Origin: Squalus acanthias
Lineage: Eukaryota
Assembly (NCBI GenBank): GCA_030390025.1
Contig: CM059443.1
Location: 50,468,001-50,532,000 of the forward strand
Length of the DNA stretch: 64,000 bases
Direction: 5' to 3'
The stretch's first letter is position 1, and each line of letters opens with the position of its first letter. This document shows positions 36,778 through 51,198 of the stretch, piece by piece. A program made the position numbers and the translations under genes. The notes below the pieces were generated by a model. It did not search any database and was not told the DNA's origin. It saw only the letters and a program-made list of their open reading frames with translations.

Positions 36778-39476
36778 TATAGAATGGTTACAGCACAGAA
36801 GGAGGCCATTCGGCCTGTCGAGCCCGTGCCGGGTCTCTGCAAGAGCACTTCAGCTCGTCCCACTCCCCCGCCGTTTCCCCGTGGCCCTGCAATTGTTTTC
36901 CTTCAGGTACTTATCCAATTCCCTTTTGAAAGCCACAATTGAGTCTACCTCCACCATCCTTTCAGGCAGTGCATTCCAGATCCTAACCACTGCCTGCGTA
37001 AAAAAGTTTTTCCTTATGTCGCGTTTGGTTCTTCTGCCAATCACCTTAAATCTGTGTCCTCTGGTTCTCGACCCTTCCACCAATGGGAACAGTTTCTCTC
37101 TATCTACTCTGTCCAGACCCCTCATGATTTTGAATACCTCTATCAAATCTCCTCTCAACCTTCTCTGTTCTAAGGAGAACAATCCCAGCTTCTCCAGTCT
37201 ATCCACGTAACTGAAGCCGCTCATCCTGGAACCATTCTCATTTATCTTTTCTGCACCCTCTCTAAGGCCGACACATCCTTCCTAAAGTGCGGTTCCCAGA
37301 ATTGGACACAATACTCCAGTTGAGGCCGAACCAATGTTTAATACAGGTTCATCATAACTTCCTTGCTTTTGTACTCTGTACCTCTATTTATAAAGCCTGT
37401 AAGCTTTTTTAACCACTTTCTCAACCTGCCCTGCCATCTTCAACGATTTGTGCACATATACCCCCAGGTCTCTCTGTTCATGCACGCCCTTTAGGATTGT
37501 ACCCTATACTTTATGTTGCCTCTCCTCGTTCTTCCTACCGAAATATATCACTTCGCACTTTTCTGCGTTAAATTTCAAATGCCACGTGTCCACCTATTTC
37601 ACCAGCCTATCTATGTATTTTTGAAGTCTTATCCCTATCCTCCTCACTGTTCGCTATACTTCCAAGTTTTGTGCAAATTTGAAATTGTGCCCTGTACACC
37701 CATGTCCAAGTCATTAATATATATCAAGAAAAGCAGAGGTGCTAGTACTGACCCCTGGGGAACACCACTGTATATCTTCCTCTCATCCGAAAAACAACCG
37801 TTCACCACTACTCTCTGTTTCCTGTCACTTAGCCAATTTTGTATCCATGCTGCCACTGTCCCTTTTATTCCATGAGCTTCAACTTTGCTGGCAAGCCTAC
37901 AATGTGGCACTTTATCAAACTCCTTTTGGACGTCTATGTTCACCACGTCAACCGCATTGCCCTCATCAACCCTTTCTGTTACCTCATCAAAAAACTCGAT
38001 TAAGTTAGTTAAACATGATTTGCCTTTAAGAAATCCATGCTGCCTTTCCTTAATTACTCCACACTTGTCCAAGTGACTGTTCATTTTGTCCCTGATTATC
38101 GTTTCTAAAAGCTTCCCCACGACTGAAGTTAAACTGACTGGCCTGTAGTTGCTGGGTTTATCCTTACACCCTTTTTTGAACAAGGGTGTAACATTTGTAA
38201 TTCTCCAGTCCTCTGGCACCACTCCTGTATCGAAGGAGGATTGGAAGATTATGGCCAGTACCTCCGCAATTTCCACCTTAATTTCCCTCAGCATCCTAGG
38301 ATGCATCCCATCCGGTCCTGGTGACTTATCTACTTTATATACAGCCAACCTTTCTAGTACCTCCTCTTTATCAATTTTTATCCCATCCAGTATCTCCACT
38401 ACCTCCTCTTTCACTATGACTTAGGCAGCATCTTCTTCCTTGGTGAAGACAGATGCAAAGTACTCGATCAGTACCTCAGCCCTTTTATGAGCCAGGTCTC
38501 CAGTATCGCCATGACATCATATTCCCATGTGGCTATTTGCTCCTGCAGCTCCCCAACCTTATTCACCAGGCTTCATGCATTTACACACATGCACTGTAAA
38601 CCTCTCTTAGACCTTCTTATATTCTCTCTTAGTCTGACACCACCTAATACCTTACTATTTCTTATCTAGTGCTACCTGTCTCTTTGTGCACTTTGTTTCT
38701 CCCTTCGAATGGAACATCCTGGTTCCCAGCCCCCTTGAAAATTAGTTCAAACCCTCCCCAACAGCACTAGCAAACTCTCCGCCCCACCCCGCGAGGATAT
38801 TGGTCTCGGCTCTTTTGAGGTGCAACCCGTCTGGCCTGTACAGGTCCCACCTCCCCCAGAACAGGTCCCAATGTCCCATGAATCTAAAGCCCTCCCTCCC
38901 ACACCATTTCTCCAGCCACGCATTCATCTGCTCTATTCTCCTATTTCTATACTCAGTAGCTCGTGGCACCGGGAGTAATCCGGAGATTATTACCTTTGAG
39001 GTCCTGCTTTGTAATCTCTTTCCTAGCTCCCTAAAATCTGCCTGCAAGGCCTCATCCCTCTTTCTACCTATGTCGTTGATACCGATATGCACCACGACCT
39101 CTGGCTGCTCCCCCTCCCCCCTCAGAATGTTCTGCAGCCACTCAGTGACACCCTTGACCCTGGCACCAGGGAGGCAACATACCATCCTGGAACCACATCT
39201 GCAGGCGCAGAAACGCCAAGCCGTTCCCCCAACTATCGAATCCCCTACCACTATTGCCTCTGTACAGCTGAGCCACCCGTGGTGCCGTGGACTTGGCTCT
39301 GGCTGTACTCCCCAGAGGAACTACTGCCCTCACCAGTATACCAGTTAGAGAGTGAGATGCACTCAGGGGACTCCTGCACTACCTGCCTGGTCCTCCTTGT
39401 CTGTCTGACGGTCACCCATTCCCTCTCTGCCAGCACACTCCTATGCTGCGGCATGACCACCTTCTGAAACGTGCTA
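36778..39476 (-). mobile_element. CR1, duplicate of 11747-14443
   Basis: Same ORF fragments and internal deletion. Confidence 0.9.
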
Positions 39477-40754
39477 TCTTTCCAGGTCTGCGCTGTCCTC
39501 AGGCTCCGCTCTGTTTAAGTACTGTCGCCGGTCCTGCCGCTTATTTCCAGGATCTAACTGGGTCTTGAATAAATCGAAGGTCTCCCTCCCCACTTCCTTA
39601 CCAGCAACAACAGTCCAAGTGGTGGTCAGTCTTTGTGTGAAGACATTCTTCACAACGTCTGTGTTCAAATTGATTTTCACCAGTTTTAGCTCAAACACCT
39701 TGTTCTGGTATCTTGACTTACCGTCAAGTAGAGGCTGGATTGCTGGATCCACAGGGTTCCATATTTTTTTTAACTCATTTTTCAGTATGTGGGCATCAAG
39801 GGCAATTGCGGAATTTATTGCCCATCCCTAGTTGCCCTTGAGATCGTGATAGGCCCTCTCCTTGAACTGCTGCTGTCAGTGTCGTGAGGTTGCTCCCAAA
39901 GTGTTGTTAGTTCAGGAGTTCCAAGATTTTGACCCAGCGACAATGAAGGAACTGCCAATTTATGTCCAAGTCAGGATGGTGTGTGACTTGGAGGGGAACT
40001 TGGAGGTGGTGGTGTGTCATGCACCTGCTGCCCTTGTCCTTCTTAAGTGGGGGAGGTTGCGGGTTTGGGAGGTGCTGTCGAAGAAGCCTTGGTGAGTTGC
40101 TGCAGTGCAACTTGTAGATGGTGCACACTGTAGCCACGTTGTGCCGATGGTGGGGGGACTGAATGTTTAAGGTGGTGGATGGGATGCCAATTAAGCAGGT
40201 TGCTTTGTCTTGGATGGTGTCGAGCTTCTTGAGTGTTGTTGCAGCTGCACTCATCCAGGCAAGTGGAGAGTATTCCATCACACTCCTGACTTGTACCTTG
40301 TAGGTGGTGGAGAGACTTTGGGGAGTCAGGAGGTGAAACACTCGCCGCAGAATATGACCTGCTCTAGTAGCCAGGGATTATATGTGGCTGTTCCAGCTAT
40401 GCTTCTGGACAATTGTGACCCCCCAGGATGTTGATGGTGGGGGATTCAGGGATGTTAATGCCATTGAATGTCAAGGGGAGGTTGTTACGCTCTCTCTTGT
40501 TGGAGATGGTCATTGTCTGGCACATAGGTGGTGCAAATGTTAATTGCCAGTTATCAGCCCAGGCCTGGATGTTGTCCAGATCTTGCTGCATGCGGACATT
40601 GACGGGTTCATTATCAGAGGAATTATGAAAGGAGTTGAACACTGAAAACATCAGCAAACATCCCCACTTCTGACATGATGATGGAGGGAAGGTCAATGAT
40701 GAAGCAGCTGAAGATCGTTGGGCCTAGGAGTACCTGAAGCGATGACCCATGGGA

Positions 40755-43700
40755 CATAGAAACATAGAAGATAGGAGCAGGAGTAGGCCATTCGGCCCCT
40801 CAAGCCTGCTCCGCCATTCAATGTGATCATGGCTGATCATCCAAATTCAGAACCCTGTCCCTGCTTTCTCCCAATATACCTTGATCCCTTTAGCCTTAAG
40901 AAATATATCCAACTCCTTCTTGAATATATTTAATGAATTGTCCTCTACTGCCTTCTGTGGTAGAGAATTCCACAGGTTCACCACTCTCTGAGTGAAGAAA
41001 TTCCTCCTCATTTCTGTCCTAAATGGCCTACCTCTTATCCTTAGACTGTGACCCCTGGTTCTGGACTCCCCGACCATCGGGAACATCCTTCCTGCATCTA
41101 GTCTGTCCAGTCCTATCAGAATTTTATAAGTTTCAATGAGATCCCCTCTCATTCTTCTAAACTCCAGCGAGTATAAGCCCAATCGACCCAATCTCTCCTC
41201 ATACGTCATTCCTGCCATCCCAGGTATCAGCCTGGTGAATCTTCGCTGAACTCCTTCCATGGCAAGAACCTCCTTCCTCAGATAAGGCGACCAAAACTGC
41301 ACACAATACTCAAGATGTGGTCTCACCAAGGCCCTGTACAACTGCAGCAAGACATCCTTGTTCCTGTACTCAAACCCTCTCTCTACCATTTGCCTTCTTA
41401 ACCTCCTGCTGCACCTGCATGCTTACCTTCAGCGACTGGTGCACAAGGACACCCAGGTCTCGTTGCACTTCCCCTTCTCCCAATCTATTGCCATTCAGAT
41501 AATAATCTGCCTTTCTGTTTTTGACACCAAAGTGGATAGCCTCACATTTATCCACGTTATATTGCATCTGCCATGCTTCTGCCCAATCAGCCAACCTGTC
41601 CAAATCATCCTGGAGTTTCTCGGCATCGTCCTCACAGCACACACGCCCACCCAGCTTTGTGTCGTCTGCAAACTTGGAGATATTACATCTAGTTCCCTTG
41701 TCTAGATCATTAATATATATTGTGAACAGCTGGGGTCCAAGGACCAATCCCTGCAGTACCCCACTAGTCACTGCCTGCCACTCGGAAAAAGACCCATTTA
41801 TTCCAACTCTTTGCTTTCTGTCTGCCAACCAGTTCTCTATCCAAGTCAATACCTTGCCCCCAATCCCATGTGCCTTAACTTTACACGCTAATCTCTTATG
41901 CGGGACCTCATACAAAGTCTTTTGAAAGTCCAAATACACCACATCCACTGGTTCTCCCTTATCTATTTTACCAGTTACATCCTCAAAAAATTCTAGTAAA
42001 TTAGTCAAGCACGATTTACCTTTTGTAAATCCATGCTGACTTTGTCCGATCCTGTCATTGTTTTCCAAGTGCTCTGCTATTACATCTTTTTTAATGGACT
42101 CTAGCATTTTCCCCACTACCGATGTCAGGCTTACCGGTCTGTAATTCCCCATTTTCTCTCTACCACCTTTTTTGAATAGTGGGGTAACATTAGCTACCCT
42201 CCAATCCATGGGTATTGTTCCAGATTCCATCGAATGTTGGAAGATGATCAGCAATGCATCTACTATTTCTAGGGCCACTTCCTTAACTACCCTAGGATGT
42301 AGATTATCAGGCCCTGGGGATTTATCGGCCTTCAATCCTGCCAATTTCCCTAACACCATTTCCCTACAAATACTGATTTATTTCAGTTCCTCCCTTTCAT
42401 CAGACCCTATGTTCCCCAACATCTCTGGGAGGTTATTTGTGTCCTCCTTTGTGAAGACAGAACCAAAATATGTATTTAATTGGTCTGCCATTTCTTTGTT
42501 CCCCATTATAAGTTCCCCTGATTCTGACTGCAAGGGACCTTTGCTTGATTTCACTAATCTTTTTCTCTTCACATATCTATAAAAGCTTTTACAGTCAGTT
42601 TCTATGTTACCTGCCAGCTTACTCTCGTATTCTATTTTCCCCATCTTAATTAATCCCTTTGTCCTCCTTTGTTGAATCCTAAACTGCTCCCAATCCTCAG
42701 GTTTACTGCTTTTTCTGGCCAATTTATATGCCCTCTCCTTGGATCTTATGCTATCCCTAATTTCCCTTGTTAGCCACGGTTGAGTCACCCTTTTTGTTTT
42801 ATTCTTATGCCAAACTGGGATGAATTCTGTTGTTCATCCATGCGGTCTTTGAATGTTTGCCATTGCCTATCCACCGTCAACCCTTTGAGTGACATTCCCC
42901 AATCAATCCTACCCAACTCGCGCCTCATACCATCATAGTTTCCTTTATTTAAATTCAGGACTCTAGTATCTGAGTCAACTACTTCACTCTCCATCTTAAT
43001 GAAGAATTCTATCATATTATGAACGCTCCGAACCAAGGGGCCTCATAGAACAAGATTGCTCATTACATAATACCCAGTCTAAGATGGCCTGCTCTCTGGT
43101 TGGTTCCTCGACATATTGGTCCAGGAAACCATCCCGTAAACACTCTAGGAATTCCTCCTCCACAGTATTGTTACTAATTTGGTTAGCCCAATCTATATGT
43201 AGATTAAAGTCATCCATGATGACTGCTGTGCCCTTATTGCACGCTTCTCTAATTACCCTTTTAATGCCATCCTCAACCTCCGCATTACTGTTTGGAGGTC
43301 TTTTTATCACTCCCACTAATGTTTTCTGCCCCTTGGTATTTCTCAGCTGTACCCATACAGATTCCACATCATCAGAGCTAATATCCTTCCTTACTATTGT
43401 GTTAATCCCCTCTTTAACCAGCAATGCTATGCCACCTCCCTTTCCTTTTTGCCTATCTTTCCTGAATATTGAATACCCCTGGATGCTGAGTTCCCAGCCT
43501 TGGCCACCCTGGAGCCATGTTTCCGTAATCCCAATCAAATCATATTCGTTTACCTCTATTTGCGCAGCTAATTCCTCCACCTTATTCCGAATGCTCCTTG
43601 CATTAAGACACAAAGCCTTCAGGCTTGTTTTTTTAACGCTCTTAGACCTATTAGAATTATTATTTACTGTGGCCAAGTTTGATTTAAACCGTTGATTTCT

Positions 43701-44356
43701 CTGACTGCCACTTTTGTTTTTCTCCTTCCTATCTTTTGCTTTCATCCTTGTTTCCTTTTCCTCTGTCTCCCTGCTCAGGTTCCCAACCCCCTGCCATTTT
43801 AGTTTAAACCCTCCCCCAGAGCACTAGCAAACACTCCCCCGAGGACATCGGTCCCGGCCCTGCCCAGGTGCAAACCGTCCGGTTTTTACTGGTCCAACCT
43901 CCCCCAGAACCGGTTCCAATGTCCCAGGAATTTGAATCCCTCCCCCTTGCACCATTCCTCTAGCCACGTATTCATCTGAAATATCCTTCTATTTCTACTC
44001 TACCTTTGAGGTCATGTTTTTTAATGTACCTCCTAACTCCGTATATTCTGCTTTTAGGACCTCATCCCCTTTTTTACCTATATTGTTGGTACCTATATGC
44101 ACCACGACAACTGGCTGTTCACCCTCCCCTTCCAAAATGTTCTGCAGCCGCTCTGAGACATCCTTGACCCTTGCACCAGGGAGGCAACACACCATCCTGG
44201 AATCTCGTTTGCGGCCGCAGAAACGCCTATCTATTCCCCTTACAATAGAATCCCCTATCACTATAGCTCTACCCCTCTTTTTCCTCCCGTCCTGTGCAGC
44301 AGGGCCACCCCTGGTGCCAGGAAGTTGGCTGCTGCTGCCTTCCTCTGATAAGCTCT
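40755..44356 (-). mobile_element. CR1, duplicate of 15720-19340
   Basis: Same truncation point and shared lesions. Confidence 0.92.
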
Positions 44357-45871
44357 GAGGTCATTGGCCTCAAAAAACCACAACCATCTTCCTTTGTGCC
44401 TTCAAATCCACTCCTTTGATCAAACTTTTGGTCACCCCTTCTATTATCTCCTTCTTTAGCTCAGACTCCAATTTTTCCTAACACCTCCCTATGGGGACAT
44501 GTTGGGAACAGTTCAGTTTTTCCACCAGTTCCTCTTTGTCATCTTTTGTCTTGGGAAGTTTGAACCAGAGGAACAAATGAAAAAGAGGAAGTCCCCTGAA
44601 TGTGATAAATATATATCTAACTCGAGGTTTATTAGTTGCAGTTCTTCCACCCAAAGAAAAGGTCCCACCAGCCTAGAAATATCTGAGAACTGTTACTGCA
44701 GATCACACAGTATAAATGCGCCAAATTATTAACCAGCAGGAAAACTCAAAGACTGAATCCATTTGTATATCCGGCTGAATCTCACACCCACTTCGATACC
44801 AATAAGCTGTAAATAGCCAAGCCTTTTACACTTGCATCATTGCCCATCATCAGTTCGAATTTCACAATCATCGCACACTTCCTGCCACTTTGTATGGAGG
44901 AGGCTTTAGTACTGAGTTCATTAGGATTCATTTCACTTCAGTACTTGTATGTGTGGTGTTCATATTGTAAATAACACCCATTGTTCCAGAATTAGGTGCT
45001 GAAGCCAAGGGCTGGACAATGAGCCAAATGCCAGGGTTATGAGGGTAAATTCACTGACTCTATCCCCTCCCCGCACCCCGCCAGCAGTGAGCTCTGCTTG
45101 AAGGAGACACAATTTAGCAGAGGGCCACAGTGCTAACCCCTGACCCCTGTTTGAGCATGGCTGCCCACAAGGAGTGTGGGATTGGTGAATCTAGAGTGAA
45201 AGTCCTTTTATCTTACTGAGCCATGCATTAAACATTTCCAACATTAAAATATAAACTACTAATTTCAATGTAGTTACACTGTTTTATGCTTTGCAAAATA
45301 CTATTCAGAGATCGGCTGGGGGCAGGCAATTTGTACCAAACTTTCCCTTACACAATCATGAATTTCCACCTCAGCGTGGGTTCCGCGTCCCCCTCCGCCC
45401 CCTCTCCACACCCCATTGCCCCCTCTCCACAGCCCATTCCCCCCACCCAACTCCCTCCTCCCACCTCCTCCTGAGTCTGATTGCAGTGTCCTCACTGAGA
45501 GCAGTTCATTCATTCAATTGGTTTGGCATAAAATTCCTGCTGGACAGATAACACAGCTCGTCATTTAGTTATAATTTTTAAAGTGTTTATTGAATCACTT
45601 TCAATCGCACAAGTTCCATTTTGCGTCTCACACACCAGCGATGCGTTATTCTATCTAAACAGAGTCCAAGGGGGTGAAATTGCTCTTCGCCAGTAGCATG
45701 AAATTCATTACGAATCGATATTGGCCAGGACACCGGGGAGAACTCCCCTGCTCTTCTTCGAAATAGTGCCACGGGATCTTTTACATCACCTGAGAGAGCA
45801 GACGGGTCTCAATTTAACGTCTCATCCGAAAGACGTCACCTCTGACAGTGCAGCACTCCCTCAGTACTGTA

Positions 45872-46116
45872 AAACATAGAAACATAGAAACATAGAATCT
45901 AGGAGCAGGAGTAGGCCATTCAATACGATCATGGCTGATCATCCAAATCCAGTACCCTGTCCCTGCTTTAATCCCCACAGTACACATATCCCACCCTACC
46001 CCCGTAACCCCACGTATTTAATTCCCCCTAACATATCCCATCCTATCCCCATAACCCCACATATTTAATCCCCCCTAACACTAAGGGTCAATTTATCATA
46101 GCCAAATCAACCTAAC
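45872..46116 (-). mobile_element. Short HE1-like SINE fragment with CR1-type tail inserted into the Deu-SINE
   Basis: (AAACATAG)3 tail, TSD TGTA, empty site at ~20860; cactaagggtcaatttatcatagccaa resembles the HE1/V-SINE body. Confidence 0.6.
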
Positions 46117-47505
46117 ATGTACTGGAGTGTCAGCCTAGATGATGTGCTCAGGTCTCTGGAGTGCCATTCAAATTTCTGGATATGCATTCTCAGCTTGTCC
46201 GAGATTCCACAGCGCGAGCGTGAATCCGTCTACATGCTCCCACGTTTAGCATGGCTCCCTGTATTCTGCTCCAACAACGACACCAGTGTGATTTTCTGTT
46301 TCCCACACCAGCCGTCGCTACAGCTTCCCCATCCCCCCACCCCCGCCCGACTCACACTGGGAATTGAGTGCTGTGCTGTGAGACCATGTGTGAGAACTGG
46401 GCTGGGCTGGACTGGGCAAAAACACATTTCGCGTCGCTATGCTGCAAGCAGTGGAGAGAGGAGACTGTCATCCAGGCATTCTGGACTGCATTCAAAGCCA
46501 GATGCCAGAGAGAAAAAGTGAAAGGGTATCGTGCTAAATCTGGCGCCAGCTTAGCACGGACTGGCACTCTGACCCAGAGAGGTCACAAGGTCAGGTGGTG
46601 CAGGAAAAGTTGTCTCTGCACCAAACCCGTGCTGTACCAGACCTGGGCCTGCTCGACACTGACACTGGGGCCTAGAAATTGGCTCCGGGTGCAGCACACA
46701 CCGGCACACACCCAATGGGGCCGGCGGCAGGAACACGGCACATTGGACCCCCGGCCTCATTAGTTTATCAGTAGCGAGCTGCAGGCTCCAGTCACGGCCC
46801 CAGAGGCAGCTCACAGGAGGAGGGAGCAAGATTGGCCGACTGGGACCTGAGCTGATTCCGGGATTGGGGGGGGACAGAGGGATGAGGCAAATGGGAGGGG
46901 GGCACGCGAGCGGTGTCTGGTAGTGGCTGACGGTTTTAATGTGGGGCCGGGAGGAGCACGCCTGCTTCCTCCTGATTCACATTCAGGTCAGGATTTGTTT
47001 TAAAACTTACTCTTTTGGTGGCGGCCTCCAGCGGTCTCTTTAAGGACCCCTGGTTAGGCCTGGTGAGGCCGCGTGGAGACCTGGTCACCCTGAATTCAGC
47101 AGGCCCAAGGCCGGCAGCGTTCAGGAAAAGCCAGTCTCCGGCTTGGGTCCCAGAACAAGCGGTAGGCCCCTCATTAGCATATTCAAGGTGCCTAACGCCT
47201 GTTTCAGGCGATCGCCAGGGACGCCTCTACAGTGCCCGAACCAATAAGGCATCAGACGTGTTTCTGATGCTATTCGGCCATGGAGGGTTGGCCCCCTAAA
47301 TTGGACCTCTTTTGCACCCATTATCCACCCAGAAAAACGGTGCAACGATGTCCAATTAACCCCCACCCCGGGTGTCTGCAGTGGGAAAGTGTTCAATACC
47401 CAGTGCTGACCATGATGAGTGTAAAATATATGTATTTTTTAAATCTTGTACCACTATGGGTTTAAACAAGTTATCCGTTGCCTTTCTCCTGTTACTCGAT
47501 TATGC

Positions 47506-47756
47506 TCAGGTTTCCTCCATTTTAGCATAAATAGGATTTTCTTCCATTTTTAACGGGCCAGGTCGTGGATCATCTTCCTCCAGCTGGGACTGTGTCACCG
47601 CGTCTTCCGGGCAGCCTATCAAAGAATAAATCTGCTCATTGGACAAAGCAACGGGATCCTCCTTACTGTCCTCTTTGGGCTGTGATTGGCCGTCTGGTTT
47701 GAGTTCTGTCGCTGACAAGGTTTCAACCTGCCGTCCATGGTCCGTGTGGTCTCTGC
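47506..47756 (-). CDS. Receptor gene C terminal exon (B-like tail); upstream exons not seen in the window
   Basis: Near-identical to 22256-22506, open frame, same acceptor. Confidence 0.7.
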
Positions 47757-50527
47757 CTAGATATTAAGAGAGGAGATCACGTTTGATGGGTTCACTTCCA
47801 GTGGGGGACAGATATTGAAAGCAGACTGTCTCATTACTTGAGATAAAGGTCCAGGAGCTTTAGAACAGACACAGTGTTGACTGAAAGGATTATACTGAAA
47901 GATTGCAACGACTTACATTTAACTCCCTGGTTTTCAGTTTTGCCTCCATCACGAGGAAAACAGAAAATTAAACATGTGACTAATGAGTAACATAAGATTC
48001 AAACAATATTAAACCGTTGTAAGTGGAGACTAGGTGAGGTCACTTTCTTCCCAGGGCCTGGATTTCAGTCCAGCTCAGACTGAAATTCTCTCATTCATTT
48101 TCTCTCTCTCTGTCTATCTCCCTTTGACTCTCTGATTGTCTCTCCGACTCTCTTTCTCTCTTTATCTTTCTTTGTCTCTCTCTCTCGCTGTCTCTCTCTG
48201 CCTGTCTCTCTCTCTGTCTGTCTATCTCACTGTCTCTCTCGCTGTCTCCCTGTCTCTCTCCATTCTATCTGCCTCTGTCTCAGTCTCTTTGTGTCTGTCA
48301 TTCCCTCCCTGTCTCTATGTCTGTCTCANNNNNNNNNNNNNNNNNNNNNNNNNNNNNNNNNNNNNNNNNNNNNNNNNNNNNNNNNNNNNNNNNNNNNNNN
48401 NNNNNNNNNNNNNNNNNNNNNNNNNNNNNNNNNNNNNNNNNNNNNNNNNNNNNNNNNNNNNNNNNNNNNNNNNNNNNNNNNNNNNNNNNNNNNNNNNNNN
48501 NNNNNNNNNNNNTTGTTTCCCTCTCTCTCTCTCTTTGTCTCTCTCACTGTCTTTGCTGTGTGAGCAGTCCTCTCTGCAATGAGTTTTCACAGTTCCAATC
48601 CAGTTCCTTGCCTAAAACTGCGCATCATTCAGTAAAATATTTGGACTAAATTGAGCATTATGGTCAGATAAGCCAAATATTGTCCTGAGAAAGTTTAATA
48701 AAAATCACTTCGCACGGGCACAGTGAAAGGAGCTATTCTGATGTTGGGATAAAGGAGCACTATCAGGTCAGAGGTCAGAGTGCTTTACACGGCCTCTAGC
48801 CATTCTATACCTGACTTGGAAATGTTCGGTTGTGAGATTGGCTGCACAGCCTGGAAATAAGAACATAAGAACATAAGAAATAGGAGCAGGAGTAGGCCAA
48901 TCGGCCCTTCGAGCCTGCTCCGCCATTCAATAAGATCATGGCTGATCTGATCCTCACCTCAAATCTAAAGAACACAAGAAGTAGGAGCAGGACCCGGCCA
49001 CTCAGCCCCTGGGCCCGCTACGCCACCCACAGGGCCCCGACCGATCCGAACTCAGCCTCATGTCCAATTTCCTGCCCGCTCCCCGTAACCCCTAATTCCC
49101 TTTACTTCTAGGAAACTGTCTATTTCTGTTTTAAATTTATTTAATGATGTAGCTTCCACAGCTTCCTGGGGCAGCAAATTCCACAGACCCACTACCCTCT
49201 GAGTGAAGAAGTTTCTCCTCATCTCAGTTTTGAAAGAGCAGCCCCTTATTCTAAGATTATGCCCCCTAGTTCTAGTTTCACCCATCCTTGGGAACATCCT
49301 TACCGCATCCACCCGATCAAGCCCCTTCACAATCTTATATGTTTCAATAAGATCGCCTCTCACTCTTCTGAACTCCAATGAGTAGAGTCCCAATCTACTC
49401 AACCTCTCCTCATATGTCCACCCCCTCATCCCGGGGATTAACCGAGTGAACCTTCTTTGTACTGCCTCGAGAGCAAGTATGTCTTTTCTGAAGTATGGAC
49501 ACCAAAACTGTATGCAGTATTCCAGATGCGGTCTCACCAATACCTTATATAACTGCAGCAATACCTCCCTGTTTTTATAATCTATCCCCCTAGCAATAAA
49601 AGCCAACATTCCGTTGGCCTTCTTGATCACCTGCTGCACCTGCATATTAACTTTTTGATTTTCTTGCACTAGGACCCCCAGATCCCTTTGTACTGCAGTA
49701 CTTTCCAGTTTCTCGCCATTAAGATAATAACTTGCTCTCTGATTTTTCCTGCCAAAGTGCATAACCTCACATTTTCCAATATTGTATTGCATCTGCCAAA
49801 TCTCCGCCCACTCACCCAGCTTGTCTATATCCCCTTGTAGGTTTTTTATGTCCTCCTCACTTTCTACTTTCCCTCCCATCTTTGTATCATCTGGAAACTT
49901 TGATATGTTACACTCGGTCCCCTCCTCCAAATCGTTAATATAGATTGTAAAGAGTTGGGGACCCAGCACCGACCCCTGCGGAACACCACTGGCTACTGGT
50001 TGCCAGTCCGAGAATGAACCATTTATCCCAACTCTCTGCTTCCTGTTAGATAACCAATCCTCCACCCATGCCAGAATATTATCCCCAATCCAGTGATTTT
50101 TTATCTTGAGCAATAATCTTTTATGTGGCACCTTGTCGAATGCCTTCTGGAAGTCTAAATACACTACGTCCACTGGTTCCCCTTTATCCACCCTGTACGT
50201 TATGTCCTCAAAGAACTCAAGCAAATTTGTCAGACATGACTTCCCCTTCATAAAGCCATGCTGACTTTGTCCTATTAAATTATGTTTATCTAAATGTTCC
50301 GTTACTGTCTCCTTAATAATAGACTCCAAAATTTTACCCACCACAGATGTTAGACTAACTGGTCTATAATTTCCAGCCTTCTGCCTACTACCCTTTTTAA
50401 ATAAGGGTGTTACATTAGCAGTTTTCCAATCTGCCGGGACCTTTGCTGAGTCCAGGGAATTTTGGAAAATTATTACCAAAGCATCCACAATCCCTACTGC
50501 CACTTCCCTCAAGACCCTAGGATGTAA

Positions 50528-50920
50528 ACAAACTGCCACAGGACAGAGAGTGAGGAGACTCAGAACAAACTGTCACAGGACAGAGAGTGAGGAGACTCAG
50601 AACAAACTGTCACAGGACAGAGTGAGGAGACTCAGAACAAACTGCCACAGGACAGAGAGTGAGGAGACTCAGAACAAACTGCCACAGGACAGAGAGTGAG
50701 GAGACTCAGAACAAACTGTCACAGGACAGAGAGTGAGGAGACTCAGAACAAACTGTCACAGGACAGAGAGTGAGGAGACTCAGAACAAACTGTCACAGGA
50801 CAGAGTGAGGAGACTCAGAACAAACTGCCACAGGACGGAGAGTGAGGAGACTCAGAACAAACTGCCACAGGACAGAGAGTGAGGAGACTCAGAACAAACT
50901 GCCACAGGACAGAGAGTGAG
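50528..50920 (+). repeat. 35-37 bp tandem monomer array (~10-11 units) at the 5' end of element Y
   Basis: Unit ACAAACTGYCACAGGACAGAGAGTGAGGAGACTCAGA. Confidence 0.9.
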
Positions 50921-51198
50921 GCGGACCTGGGTGGAGCAACAGCGGCGAGGCGGCGGCGGTAAAAGGCGGCAGCGACCAGGTAGGCTTTCACCAAGCCGAG
51001 AGCAGGAGAGAGGTAAAAAATAATCGAAGTGTGACATCACCAGAAAGCAGGTAAGTGATTGGTTGGTGAGTATTTCTCTTTTTTTTTTTTTATACGAAAC
51101 TTCAATTTTATTGTTTCTCGGGTATCTGTGATGTAGCAGAGACTGCTGGCATAAATTAACTGAACAGTAAATAATACATTTTTAATTAATTACATAGA

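Noticed and set aside
50528-50920. 37-bp repeats as a CRISPR-like array
   Set aside because: Head-to-tail units without unique spacers, eukaryotic context, attached to CR1 5' ends.
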